A stretch of 64,000 nucleotides of DNA from an uncultured Methanocellaceae archaeon (GTDB lineage: Archaea; Halobacteriota; Methanocellia; Methanocellales; Methanocellaceae): contig CAWACH010000006.1 of the NCBI GenBank assembly GCA_963780625.1, forward strand, positions 472,798-536,797. The letters are read 5' to 3'. Below are positions 51,464 to 61,870 of this stretch, one piece after another. Under the pieces are notes generated by a model, which saw nothing but the letters and a program-made list of their open reading frames with translations, had not been told where the DNA came from and did no database searches. How positions within the stretch are numbered: position 1 is the stretch's first letter; each line of letters starts with the position of its first letter. The translations under genes were made by a program, and so were the position numbers.

Positions 51464-52358
51464 TTATGCGTGGTAGTATTCGCCGCCGGCAGCTCGTTGC
51501 GCCGGTGATACGGACTTCTCATCGCCGGGAACGCCACATGCGTCCGCACGACATTGCTTACAAAGCCTGAACTGCGGCAGGTATTTTTTCTGCAGTAGCC
51601 CTGGCAGCTTCAAGTTCCGTGCAGCCCGGAGGCGTCAGGTCCTTGAACTTATACAGCGGGATCATGGGGATGATATTCATTAATATTGCCCCTCTGTCCG
51701 CCGCTTCCTTTGCGATCTTCTCGATCTGGTCCGCGTTAACGCCGGGCACCAGGACAGTGTTCACTTTAACGATGAGGCCGGCTTTTGATGCGGCTTCAAC
51801 GCTCTTGAACTGGTTATCCCTCAGGATCTTAGCGCCTTCTACGCCACGATAAGTCTGATTATGATACCTGATCCAGGAATATATCTTAGCGCCTACTTCC
51901 GGGTCAAAGGCGTTGATGGTCACGGTCACGCTGGACACGCCGACTTTCAAGATATCGTCAATGCGCTCGGCCATCATGAGGCCGTTGGAGGCGATACACT
52001 TGATCATCTCAGGGTGCCTCTCGTGCACTAGCTTCAGCGTCTCGAATGTCTCCTCGTTCGCAAGCGCCTCGCCGGGACCGGCGATGCCGACGACCTTAAG
52101 ATTGTTATACTCCTTGAGGGCCGCATCGACACGGTCGGCCGCCTGCTGCGGGGTCATGATGCCGCCGGACACGCCGGGGCGGTGCTCGCACTTATCGATC
52201 TTACGGTTACAGAAATTACATTGAATGTTACATTTAGGGGCCACGGGAAGGTGGATCCTCGCCGTTGAAAAATGGGCCTTCTCGTTAAAGCACGGGTGTG
52301 CAGAGGTCATGTGTGAAAACTTCGAATGACCGCCGTCAAATACGTTCAAATCTTCCAT
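51464..52358 (-). CDS. nifB: NifB-like radical SAM protein (no NifX domain); one extra base in a T-run near 51585
   Basis: HPCF, RIHLPVAPKCNIQCNFC, VVGIAGPGEAL; the C-terminal LPQFRLCKQCRADACG is in a shifted frame ending at 51464. Confidence 0.85.
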
Positions 52359-52639
52359 AAATCATCTCCGCCGGGTTCAGGGCCAGGTTACTACAGTTTA
52401 TTACGCTCGATTAAAACTATAGTTAGAAAACTTCATTTTAATGGTTAAATACTTTACGAGGGCACGCAGGGCCATGACAGTTTTAAAAGAGAAAGCCGTC
52501 GAAGCTTTTTACGCTAAACAATCGTTATAAATACTGAATAAATTAGTTGTTAAAAATCCAAATAAAATATATTCTGTACCGGAGAACTGTTAAATAATAT
52601 TGCTACATTATCGCTTACTAAAAGGGGTATTGTATAGGC

Positions 52640-53983
52640 ATGGTCAGAGTATCGTATGTTATATTAACTATTATTTTAGCTGCAATAATTTCTATTGGAC
52701 TGGCATCGTCCCAGTCGACAGGCACTGTCTATCTAATCAGCATGGACAACACGCTGAAGACCGCAGGCCTTGGTGGCGACCAGATGGTCGTTAACGTGGG
52801 GAATGTCACTGAGGTCACCATGACGGACCCGCTAGTTATCATCGGCTCCGGAACGGATATCGAAGAAGAACAGCTGTCAGACTCCATAACGAAGCAAAAT
52901 TTTGACGCCAACCACGTAATAAAGGACTCGGCAGGACAATTTAACGGCGCAGACCTTTCCGGATATGACCTAATCGTCATCGGCGGGCCGCTGCATAACT
53001 CATATGCGAAGATGCTCGAGGACCAAGGCTACCTCAAGTATACTGTCACCGATAAAAAAATGCCGACAGTGGTCTTTGAAACGCTCATAGGGCCGGGCGG
53101 CCACAAGGTCGTGATCATAGGCGATGCTCTGGGCTACACTTACCATAGCAAGGACCTGCCGACGAACGGCGTCATCCCTGAAGAAATGGAGCCGGCGGCC
53201 GCAGCTACGGCCGGCATCAGCCTGGCGTTAATAGGGACTCTGCTGTTTAATTCGAGGATCCTGTCTGAGCTGACGGGTAAAATAATCACTTTCTTTGCCG
53301 GCCTGGCGGGCTCGCATATCGTCGAAGAGACGAGCGAAGTGACCATGGCCAAGGCAAAGCTGGCTAAAAGAAAGACCATAGCGTTCGGGCTATCGGCCAA
53401 GGAGATCATTATCGCTTTCTTCTGTGTCTTTGCATTCGGCATAGCTTTTCTTTATGCGGATAGAAAGCCATTAACTCCCGAGTTTTTGGTCATATATATT
53501 GTAGTCGCCGGAGTATTCCTGGTCGCACACGACTTGGCGCATAAGTGGAAGGCTTTAAAGTTCCATGCGGATACCGAGTATAAGTTCTGGACGTTGGGCA
53601 CCATCCTGATCTTCCTTACCTCGTGGCTTTTCGGCATCGCGTTCGCCTATCCTGCCCGCACCCTGGTCGAAGGCGAAGAATTGACGCCTCGCCAGAAGTC
53701 GGATATCGCATTTGCAGGCCCCAGTATAAACCTCACCGTATCGCTATTATTCCTGCTGCTCATCCCGTTAAAGTTCACGACCCTGGATATACCGGGCATA
53801 GAAATACTGTCTGAGATCGGGGCGGTGGGCTTTACCGTCAACATGCTCGCGGCGGTCTATAACCTGATACCGTTCGAGCCGATGGACGGAGGAAAAATAT
53901 TCAAGCATAGCAAAATACGCTGGGCAGTGACGTTTATACCGGCGCTGGTGTTTTATCTGGCGATATTGACCTTCGTATTGTAA
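52640..53983 (+). CDS. Site-2 protease (M50)-like membrane protein with an N-terminal extracellular domain
   Basis: AHDLAH, IAFAGP, NLIPFEPMDGGK. Confidence 0.8.
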   Translation: MVRVSYVILTIILAAIISIGLASSQSTGTVYLISMDNTLKTAGLGGDQMVVNVGNVTEVTMTDPLVIIGSGTDIEEEQLSDSITKQNFDANHVIKDSAGQFNGADLSGYDLIVIGGPLHNSYAKMLEDQGYLKYTVTDKKMPTVVFETLIGPGGHKVVIIGDALGYTYHSKDLPTNGVIPEEMEPAAAATAGISLALIGTLLFNSRILSELTGKIITFFAGLAGSHIVEETSEVTMAKAKLAKRKTIAFGLSAKEIIIAFFCVFAFGIAFLYADRKPLTPEFLVIYIVVAGVFLVAHDLAHKWKALKFHADTEYKFWTLGTILIFLTSWLFGIAFAYPARTLVEGEELTPRQKSDIAFAGPSINLTVSLLFLLLIPLKFTTLDIPGIEILSEIGAVGFTVNMLAAVYNLIPFEPMDGGKIFKHSKIRWAVTFIPALVFYLAILTFVL

Positions 53984-54005
53984 ATAAAAAAGTTAACCGG
54001 GGCTT

Positions 54006-55235
54006 CTACGCCCCGAATTTTTTTGCTTTGTTTATCAGGTCGATGGCGATGGGCATTACGTCCATGCCACGTATCCTGTGTATCCCGCCCTTGTACGCTA
54101 TAAGCTCGTTATAGCGGGGCACGTCGTCCATTCGTATGCCCGGCCCATGCATGAGTATAGGCACCGGGTCGGCAGAGTGGTCTTTTAGCGATACGGGCGT
54201 GCTATGGTCTACGGTGACGATGATGATCACGTCCTTGAGCTTGAGCAGGCCTGCGAAGGCGCTATCTGTGTCTTCGAGGAATTGGGCTTTCTTCTGGAAG
54301 TTACCGTCGTGGCCCGCTTCGTCGGCGCCCTTGATATTAACTAAAACGAAATCATGGGTGTTTAGCGCTTCTATTGCTTTTGATATCTTGGCCGTTGCCG
54401 AGGAGCCTGAAGCCTCGACTTCCATGCTGCCCACCGGGATGTATTCTAAGCCGCACATCTTGCCGATGCCGATGATGAGGCCTGCGGCCGCGATGACTGC
54501 GCCCGTTAAGCCGTACTTTTCGTTGAAAGGCGGTATGTGGGGCACTTCGCCGGCGCCCCGGACGAGTATAGCATTTCCAGGCGGTAGCCCTTGTTTTTTA
54601 CGCTCCACGTTCACCGGATCGCTATCCAATAATTCAATTACCTGCTTTGAGATGCTGTTCACGATATCGGCCGTTCGCTTAGCTTCGGGCGTATCACTGG
54701 TAGGGTGGCATTCTTTGATGGGTAAGCCCTCTTTTTTAGGGTCGGTATCGGTTATGTCTGCCGATAATCCTTTACCACGTATGACAAGTGCTCCCCTGTG
54801 CCCGGTGGAACGCTTGAATATAATATCGACGCCCGGCACTTTCACATGCTCCATAATGGCTTTTGCCAGCTCGTCAGTATCCGATATGCGCCCGGCTCTG
54901 CGGTCCGTGACCAGGCCGTTCTCCACGGTAGCGAAGTTGACCCGGAAGGCGATGTCGCCGCCTTTCACGTCAATGCCTACGCCCGCTGCCTCAAAGGGTC
55001 CTCTGCCCGTGTAATATTTGTAAGGGTCGTATCCCAGGAGCGCTAAATGCGATGTATCCGAACCCGGCCTGATGCCCGGGCCCACGGTATCCATGATACC
55101 GTTGATACCGCTATATGCAAGTGTATTCAGGTTAGGCATGCTGGCTTTAGAAAGCGGCGTCTGGCCGTCCGTTGTGGGCCTGTCTGAGGCACCATCCAGC
55201 ACGATGAGTAGGATCTTATTCGCGACGTCGGACAT
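54006..55235 (-). CDS. apgM: 2,3-bisphosphoglycerate-independent phosphoglycerate mutase (archaeal)
   Basis: LDGASDRP, PGSDTSHL, GRGPFEAAG, DEAGHDG, DHSTP, HSADPVP. Confidence 0.95.
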   Translation of the reverse strand: MSDVANKILLIVLDGASDRPTTDGQTPLSKASMPNLNTLAYSGINGIMDTVGPGIRPGSDTSHLALLGYDPYKYYTGRGPFEAAGVGIDVKGGDIAFRVNFATVENGLVTDRRAGRISDTDELAKAIMEHVKVPGVDIIFKRSTGHRGALVIRGKGLSADITDTDPKKEGLPIKECHPTSDTPEAKRTADIVNSISKQVIELLDSDPVNVERKKQGLPPGNAILVRGAGEVPHIPPFNEKYGLTGAVIAAAGLIIGIGKMCGLEYIPVGSMEVEASGSSATAKISKAIEALNTHDFVLVNIKGADEAGHDGNFQKKAQFLEDTDSAFAGLLKLKDVIIIVTVDHSTPVSLKDHSADPVPILMHGPGIRMDDVPRYNELIAYKGGIHRIRGMDVMPIAIDLINKAKKFGA

Positions 55236-55299
55236 AATGATCATATATACATCTGCTCGCAACAGATAAAAATTAAGCTCTTCAACTTTCTTAATGGCT

Positions 55300-55878
55300 T
55301 TACACGCGCCGGCTTGATTCGCCGAGTATGACCCCTGTGGCTATGAGATGCGCGACCCTCACGGGCTCAGGTATGCGGCTGTGAGTGGCGCTGGACAGGA
55401 CGATATGTACTGCGGTCTTTTCATCCATGCCTTTAATTTGAATGTACACGGGCTCGCCCCGTTCCATCGGCACTTCGATGGCGTGTCCTGCCTTTAGTAT
55501 CAGGCTATAGCGATATTCTGGGTCCGTTAAATTATCCAGGGCGCTGCGGATGCTTTCCATATCGGGCAGCTTCCTCATCAGGCTGATGACCGGGATGCCC
55601 GTATTCTCGTATAAAGCATCCATGTCGACCACGTTAAAGCCGCCCATGGTCACGCCGTTGAGCATGACCACACGGATCTGGCCGAAGTGCTTGCTTTCCC
55701 GGACCATCTCAGTCAGGCGTTCGGTGGCGTCAAGCCCGTCCTTTGTAATGTAAGTACGGACGACGCCTTCCAGCCAGTCTCCGCCCCGCATGATGGCGCC
55801 GATGACCAGGATAGCGTCAGAGACAAGCGGAGAATCGTCAATGCCCAGTATCCGTATCTCTGACTTTATGTGCGTCAG
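55300..55878 (-). CDS. DUF99 (endonuclease V-like) protein
   Basis: KSEIRILGIDDSP upstream of the listed ATG, DGLDAT, GGFNVVD, IPEPVRVAHLIA; start probably non-ATG. Confidence 0.85.
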   Translation of the reverse strand: MTHIKSEIRILGIDDSPLVSDAILVIGAIMRGGDWLEGVVRTYITKDGLDATERLTEMVRESKHFGQIRVVMLNGVTMGGFNVVDMDALYENTGIPVISLMRKLPDMESIRSALDNLTDPEYRYSLILKAGHAIEVPMERGEPVYIQIKGMDEKTAVHIVLSSATHSRIPEPVRVAHLIATGVILGESSRRV

Positions 55879-56626
55879 GCACGCCTCCCGAATACTTGTT
55901 AGCTAAAACGAACATGCCCACGAGCGCGATGATGCCTAAAGCAGTGACGTAGGTTTCCGTTATGTATATGCCGCTCATGTCCCGGCCGACGAAATATTCC
56001 AGAATAGGCAATGCTCCGTCCAGGGCGGTTTTAAAGGCTACGGAAAGCCACAGCAACCGCAGATCGCTCAGCTTAACGGCATATACCACCAGAACGGTCG
56101 CGAACACGTGGCAGAATAGTGTGAAAAGCCTCTCCAGGATGGGTATCGGTATGAATGATATCGCTAATTGCTCAGGCGGTATCGATGCTGCGAGATCAGG
56201 CTGGGACATCAACGTCATCATGCCCAATAACGACGTCAGCCCGATAATAATAGCCTCAGCTCCCCCGAACCCTATTCCAAGTGCTACGGCCTCGTCGAAA
56301 TTAATGCCCGATAATTTTGTGTGCTTAACGACCAGGTACGTGAAGCCGCTCTCGAAGAGCCCGGTCCTCAAGCCCACGTACAGCGACATGATCAGGACTA
56401 CCACAATAACGGAAAACGTGTCGAAAAGCATGGCCTGGATGGGCTGCGTGATGGTAAAGTCCATGATGACCTTTGGGATAATGGCGATGGCCCAGAGTAT
56501 GGCCCCGTAGCCAAAATACCTTAGCTTTGTTCCCTTAAAAAAATACCATAGCGCCATGGCCCCAATGCCGACGGCGATCATTCCCAGCCCGGGTAAAAGG
56601 TTAACCCATGTGATAGCATCGACCAT
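55838..56626 (-). CDS. YhfC/PrsW-like intramembrane glutamic protease
   Basis: TGLFESG, LGIGFGGAEA, LERL...H, multiple TM helices. Confidence 0.75.
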   Translation of the reverse strand: MVDAITWVNLLPGLGMIAVGIGAMALWYFFKGTKLRYFGYGAILWAIAIIPKVIMDFTITQPIQAMLFDTFSVIVVVLIMSLYVGLRTGLFESGFTYLVVKHTKLSGINFDEAVALGIGFGGAEAIIIGLTSLLGMMTLMSQPDLAASIPPEQLAISFIPIPILERLFTLFCHVFATVLVVYAVKLSDLRLLWLSVAFKTALDGALPILEYFVGRDMSGIYITETYVTALGIIALVGMFVLANKYSGGVPDAHKVRDTDTGH

Positions 56627-56715
56627 AGAATATCTCCCTTTTTTGCGCCACGGCAATTATTTTTTCCCGTATACGTGGCGCTAAACTAAATACTATTTAT
56701 ACTATATTTTTATGC

Positions 56716-57156
56716 GTGTATAAGAATATCCTTATGCCGGTGGATGACCAGGAACAGAGCTTTGCCGCCGTTCGTGCCGGGGGCATGATAGCCGCATGCG
56801 ATAAAGCTGCTATTACATTATTCCATGTGCGCAAGCCTCCCGAGGAGGTCGTCACGGACATGTTCACTAAAGATAAGCTATTCGAGCTCCCGCTGATAGA
56901 GCGCGAGAGCAAAATGTTCGCCCGGTTTAAGAAGATATTATCCGAGTTCGGCATCGAGCCTGTCATTAAGGTGGTCGAGTCCCAGAACGTTGCAGCTGAG
57001 ATCATCGGCGAATGTAAGTCGGGCAAGTATGATACCATCGTCATGGGGCACCGGGGCAGAAAAGCGCTCAGGCAATTGATGCTCGGCAGCGTCGCGAACG
57101 GCGTACTTGTAGAATCTACATGCCCGGTCATCATGGTACACGTGCCTATCGAGTAA
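56716..57156 (+). CDS. Universal stress protein
   Basis: YKNILMPVD, DTIVMGHRG, LGSVANGV, CPV. Confidence 0.92.
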   Translation: MYKNILMPVDDQEQSFAAVRAGGMIAACDKAAITLFHVRKPPEEVVTDMFTKDKLFELPLIERESKMFARFKKILSEFGIEPVIKVVESQNVAAEIIGECKSGKYDTIVMGHRGRKALRQLMLGSVANGVLVESTCPVIMVHVPIE

Positions 57157-57721
57157 GCCCAGTAGTTCCGTGTTTGTGTGGTAATCGTTTATTCTTGCTT
57201 GCGCCTTTTTCGCTGGATTGTTAGGTTTCACAACACGAAGACATGAAATTTCTTTTTTAGATTTACTAACACTAAGCCATGAAAACACTATGGCACGGTC
57301 AAATCATGAAGTCATGAAGGACTCTATTAATCGAATTAAGCCACCAAGGCACGGCTATTAAGACACGAACGAACGACGTAAATCACGAAGTACCACAAAA
57401 CCAAGACAATAGAGACGGCTATGATAACGAGCGTCGCCAGATAAAAATTTGGATCGATATATGAATACGATCGATTAGTCAAGAAACGGTAGCTGGCATA
57501 GCGTATGCTTTTTGTCTTAATTTGGTGGCACTTCGTGGCTTACGTCGTTCGTTCGTGTCTTATTAGCCGTGTCTTGGTGGCTTAATTCATTTAATGGGGT
57601 CTTCATGCTTTCATGATTTAACTGTGTATCATAGTGGCCTTACTGTTTTAGTGTTAGTAAATCTAAAAAAGAATTTCATGTCTTCGTGTTGTGAAACCGA
57701 AGGGCGTACGTGAGTCGCAAA
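57157..57721. mobile_element. Element C: empty copy of the element A family (core arms about 57224-57409 and 57512-57700)
   Basis: Arms and spacer closely match element B; begins right at the USP stop codon. Confidence 0.75.
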
Positions 57722-57805
57722 GAATGGATAGGCATAAGATGTTAATATTTTAGGCGGCTCATTACCCTTTTATACCTTCAGACACTTTTTTATAGCGGCA
57801 TTTCA

Positions 57806-58384
57806 ATGGCGGCGCATGGTACTTTCCATTTAGACGTAGGCGAAGGCCTGGATATCCGGCTACTGGAAGAAAGCGATGCGGATGACATGATCGCCCTCAT
57901 AGACGGCAGCAGGGAAGAATTACGAAAGTGGCTGCCCTGGGTGGATAAGACCAGGACACGAAATGATAGCTTAGTGTTCATACAAGGAGCGCTGGACCAG
58001 CATAAGAATTGTACCGGGCTCCACGCCGGCATCCGGCTAAATGATAAGCTCGTGGGCGTTATCGGCTACGTCAACATCGACGTTAACAACCGCAGGGCGA
58101 TGATCGGCTACTGGCTCTCTACGGATCACTGGGGCAACGGCCTTGCGACCAGGGCCTGTGCGGCAATGGTCGAGACGGCTTTTAAAAGGCTTTTGTTGAA
58201 TAAGGTGGAGATCTATTGCGCAATGGACAACTATAGAAGCCGGGCGATACCCGAGCGGCTTGGCTTCAAGAGCGAGGGCGTCCTGCGGAATCATGAATGG
58301 GTGAACGACCATTTCGTCGATCTGGTCACTTATGGTATCCTCGCCGGCGAATGGCCGGAACAGCGTAAAAAGTTACAACGTTAA
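57806..58384 (+). CDS. RimJ/RimL-family GNAT N-acetyltransferase
   Basis: LRKWLPW, IGYWL, WGNGLAT, NYRSRAIPERLGF. Confidence 0.92.
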   Translation: MAAHGTFHLDVGEGLDIRLLEESDADDMIALIDGSREELRKWLPWVDKTRTRNDSLVFIQGALDQHKNCTGLHAGIRLNDKLVGVIGYVNIDVNNRRAMIGYWLSTDHWGNGLATRACAAMVETAFKRLLLNKVEIYCAMDNYRSRAIPERLGFKSEGVLRNHEWVNDHFVDLVTYGILAGEWPEQRKKLQR

Positions 58385-58426
58385 TTTTTTACCTTATACT
58401 TCTTTAAATATTATTTAGGTGATCTA

Positions 58427-58804
58427 GTGAGCGATGAAAGCGTCAAGGATTTCGTGAGAAAAAAGCTGGGCTGCGATTGCGACGAAGAGGTCTTTAATTA
58501 TATAAAAAATGAAAAAGATGTTAATGCAGGCGGCGTTAAGCTCAGGAACAGGATCAATATCGGTAACCGGCTGCTCGTTTACGTTATGGACGGCAACGCC
58601 GGCAACCTGGATAAAATAGCGGCCGTGGTGCGAACCGGTAAAGGGGACAGGGACACTAACGCCTTCAACCGGTTCAGGCTGGTCCTGGTGACCGACGATA
58701 AAGGCCTTAAAAAGACGGCCGGCGATACGTTCAAAGCCATATCGGGGCTCGATGAAAAAGTGCACTTTCATGTCATGGGAAAAAATGAGGTCTCAGGCCT
58801 CTAG
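58427..58804 (+). CDS. Conserved hypothetical protein
   Basis: KDFVRKKLGCDCDEEVF...IGNRLLVYV...FNRFRLVL; AGGTGA ribosome-binding site. Confidence 0.7.
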   Translation: MSDESVKDFVRKKLGCDCDEEVFNYIKNEKDVNAGGVKLRNRINIGNRLLVYVMDGNAGNLDKIAAVVRTGKGDRDTNAFNRFRLVLVTDDKGLKKTAGDTFKAISGLDEKVHFHVMGKNEVSGL

Positions 58805-58937
58805 GCCCACATAACAAAAAAGATTTATTTTCGTTTGTAGATGTTGTAAGGCCGATGGCTATATTACACATTATTAATATGTGCAGTGAGATAAACGATA
58901 TATCCTGATCATTTTATCGCGGTGGAGCAGTGCGTTA

Positions 58938-59828
58938 ATGAAAGATAAGTCATATGCGAGCAAAAAATGGGTAGTGCCCTACAAGAACATAGTCGCCGTC
59001 CATGACGGGGACAAGTACGTGGAGATCGTCGAGCAGACCAACTGCTTCGGCGGAGCTTGCTGGGCGGAATACCACTATAAGCGCACAAGCCCTCTCATCG
59101 TGAGCGTAAAGAATCTCGGCAATACAATGAGGTATCTGACCCGGGTCGGTAAAGAAGAGCTGAACCTGATGCCTTCCATAGCGGCCGCCGGCATCGAGGC
59201 CGTCGAGGTGGGCGATGAGACGATATCCATTACCTACGCCGGACTCGGAGGCGGCGGGGTCGGGGCGACCATCAGCAGGGCCCTGGCCGAGGACGTCATC
59301 GACTACGATCATTCGGAGACCGGCGGCAGCCGGCAAAGTAAAGGCACCATCGTCCTGCCAAAAAGAAAACGTGTCCTCATCGGCGTCGACGATACCGATA
59401 CCAAGGAAGAGGGCGCCACCTGGTCGCTCATCCACAACATCGCCGAAGAGCTGGACGGCAAGAACGCCAGGTACATATCACATTCTATCGTGCAGCTATT
59501 CCCGGTGCCCTTTAAGACGCAGAACTGTGTTTCCACGGTCGTCGAATTCGCCTGCATCGACGAGAACAAATTAACAAGGGATTTCGAGGCTTTGGTGAGG
59601 AAATATACGCTCTCGTCGGAGACGGGCATGGTAGCGCTCACAAAATTCGATGCCGAAGCGTTAAAAGACTACGGCCGGCTGACAAAGTCGAAGCAGATAA
59701 CCAGGGAGATAGCCGAGAAGGCGGCCGTAGATGCGGATGCCGATATCATGATCAACGGCCGTGGCATCATCGGCGCCCTTGCATCGCTGCCCTATTTTGC
59801 CGACCCAATGAACTCGGTGATATTGTAA
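58938..59828 (+). CDS. mmp11: Methanogenesis marker protein 11
   Basis: GGACW..YHY, YAGLGGGGVGA, IGVDDTDTKEEGATW, QLFP...KTQNC, GIIGALA. Confidence 0.85.
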   Translation: MKDKSYASKKWVVPYKNIVAVHDGDKYVEIVEQTNCFGGACWAEYHYKRTSPLIVSVKNLGNTMRYLTRVGKEELNLMPSIAAAGIEAVEVGDETISITYAGLGGGGVGATISRALAEDVIDYDHSETGGSRQSKGTIVLPKRKRVLIGVDDTDTKEEGATWSLIHNIAEELDGKNARYISHSIVQLFPVPFKTQNCVSTVVEFACIDENKLTRDFEALVRKYTLSSETGMVALTKFDAEALKDYGRLTKSKQITREIAEKAAVDADADIMINGRGIIGALASLPYFADPMNSVIL

Positions 59829-60808
59829 TGCAGATGGACGCCCGTAAAAAAGCCGAGCTACTGGAGGCGGGCGGAGTCGAGATCGACGACTCCATCGTTC
59901 CCCATCTGCGCAAGTCCACGGCTGGGCCAGGGGCTGGACTTGAATCATTTTTCTTCAGATCAGGAGGCCTCAGGGTACGGCTGGGCGTCCGTAAATCTTC
60001 TAAATTTAAGGCCATATCCGAAAAAGACGAAGTTGTCATTCTAAAGAATGGCAAAGAGTTTCTCCGCGGCAGGCTGGAAGATGCCATATCGCACTGTCCC
60101 GAACAAGTCTATGTGACCGTAAGCGAGCGCTGTGTCTTCGACTGTAAGTTCTGCCCGGTGCCAAAGCTACACGGCCACGTTAAAACTCTTGAAGAGGTCA
60201 TGCAGCTTGCCGAAAATGGCTCAAAGCACGCCTCATTCAAAGCTATATCTATTACGTCGGGCGTCTGGCAATCCCCCAAAGAGGAAGTACAGCGTGTCGC
60301 AGGAACCGTAAGAGAGCTAAAAAAGTACAATGTACCTATTGGCGTCTCTGTCTATCCTACGGAAGACTCCTCTGAAATTATGAAAGAAGCGGGCGCCGTC
60401 GAGGTCAAGTATAACGTTGAGACAATTGACCCTGTAATTTTCAAAAAGGTCTGCCCCGGGCTATCGCTTGAATATATTAAAAAAGCCCTGGAGCACGCCG
60501 TGACCGTATTCGGGCGTAACCACGTCTTCACGAATATCCTGATCGGATTAGGCGAGTCGGATCAGGCAGTCATCGAGGCTGTCGAAGAGCTTGCTGCTAA
60601 AGGCATCATCCCGGTGCTGAGAAAAGTCAACCCTCACCCGTTACGGGAAGGCGAAGTGCACACCGAAAGCGTTAACGCTGACAGGCTCCTGAAGCTGGCC
60701 GAGCTAGAGCGAAAAATTCTGGACAAAAATGGCTTAAGAGCCGACCAGGCGCTAACCGGGTGCCTCATGTGTACCGGGTGCGACATTACGCCGCACCGTG
60801 ACCTATAG
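59828..60808 (+). CDS. Radical SAM protein (biotin synthase-like)
   Basis: STAGPGAG, HCPEQ, CVFDCKFC, IGLGESD, C-terminal CLMCTGC. Confidence 0.88.
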   Translation: MQMDARKKAELLEAGGVEIDDSIVPHLRKSTAGPGAGLESFFFRSGGLRVRLGVRKSSKFKAISEKDEVVILKNGKEFLRGRLEDAISHCPEQVYVTVSERCVFDCKFCPVPKLHGHVKTLEEVMQLAENGSKHASFKAISITSGVWQSPKEEVQRVAGTVRELKKYNVPIGVSVYPTEDSSEIMKEAGAVEVKYNVETIDPVIFKKVCPGLSLEYIKKALEHAVTVFGRNHVFTNILIGLGESDQAVIEAVEELAAKGIIPVLRKVNPHPLREGEVHTESVNADRLLKLAELERKILDKNGLRADQALTGCLMCTGCDITPHRDL

Positions 60809-60811
60809 AGC

Positions 60812-61834
60812 TCAGGCAGCTCCCCGGGCAGGGGCTGCTGCCGGCTTCTTCTCTCGTATGAGCGGGAGCACGTGCCGTCCGTAGTTCTCGATGAATTCGT
60901 ACGGGTCAGGGCCGGCGGAGTGTAAATACACGCAGTTGAAGCCCGCATCGATATAACGCTGGATGAATTCTACGTGCATCTCGGGGTCCGTGGAGATACA
61001 CATGCTGTTCTTGGTGGTATCATCCCCTACCACTGCGCCGTTCGCTGCGGACATTTCGGGAGTATATATCTTCTGCAGGTACATGGCCGGTAAAATAGTG
61101 CTTGCCCAGTACTTCTTTTGTATTTTTACTGCTGCGTCAACATCATCCGTATATGCGACGTTGCAGAGAGCCATCTTTGGCATTTCGGACGGGTCCTTTC
61201 CCGCCGCTCTAGCACCTTCATCGAAGTTCGCCACGATCTGGCGCTGAATGTCCAGTGAACTCCCTGCGGAGATCAGGCCGTCGCCATACTGCCCCGCGAA
61301 AAATGCGCTATCGGGGACGAGCGACGAGATATATATCGGTATGTTTCTCCGCGGAGCCGTATACAGCCTCGCTTTTCTCAGTGTGAAGTAATTGCCGTCG
61401 AACGTGACCTCGGCACCTGTCCACAGCGCGCGTATCAGCTCGATCGCCTCGCGCATCATGTCCTGTCTCACGTAATAGTCGGGCCATTGCCCGGTGGTCG
61501 GGTATTCGTTCAACGCTTCGCCTGTGCCCACCCCAAGATAAAACGGCCCTATGCTCATCCGGTCGATGGTCGCCGCCGCCTGGGCTATGATCGCCGGATT
61601 ATAGCGTAAGATCGGGCAGGTGACGCCGGTACCGATCTCGACGCCTTTCAAATGCGCCGTTGCCGCGCCCAGCCACGACCAGGTATAACACGATTGCCCT
61701 GACGGGTCCCACGGGTGAAAGTGATCGTCCACGAGTATTGTTTCAAAGCCTGCCTTTTCCGCAGCGACCGCCTGGTTAAGTAGCTCAAGCGGGTCTAGCT
61801 GTTCCGGGCCTCCTTGCCATCCCAACATTACCAT
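60812..61834 (-). CDS. F420-dependent LLM-class oxidoreductase (G6PDH-F420-like family)
   Basis: AEKAGF, DHFHPW, WSWLGA, GTGVTCP, GVGTGEALNE. Confidence 0.9.
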   Translation of the reverse strand: MVMLGWQGGPEQLDPLELLNQAVAAEKAGFETILVDDHFHPWDPSGQSCYTWSWLGAATAHLKGVEIGTGVTCPILRYNPAIIAQAAATIDRMSIGPFYLGVGTGEALNEYPTTGQWPDYYVRQDMMREAIELIRALWTGAEVTFDGNYFTLRKARLYTAPRRNIPIYISSLVPDSAFFAGQYGDGLISAGSSLDIQRQIVANFDEGARAAGKDPSEMPKMALCNVAYTDDVDAAVKIQKKYWASTILPAMYLQKIYTPEMSAANGAVVGDDTTKNSMCISTDPEMHVEFIQRYIDAGFNCVYLHSAGPDPYEFIENYGRHVLPLIREKKPAAAPARGAA

Positions 61835-61870
61835 AGTTGCATCTCCAGATATTCAGCCAGGTCGAGCCGC

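Noticed and set aside
51575-51595. Programmed frameshifting or phase variation in nifB, pstC (31835) and the PQQ-repeat gene (27105)
   Set aside because: Single-base indels are scattered through the window with no shared slippery motif; sequencing error is the simpler explanation.
54136-55014. 292 aa antisense ORF, and the many similar shadow ORFs opposite real genes
   Set aside because: They overlap well-supported genes on the other strand and are explained by codon bias.
35171-57721. CRISPR array interpretation of the repeated sequences
   Set aside because: The repeats are long inverted arms, not 25-45 bp direct repeats with unique spacers, and no cas genes are present.
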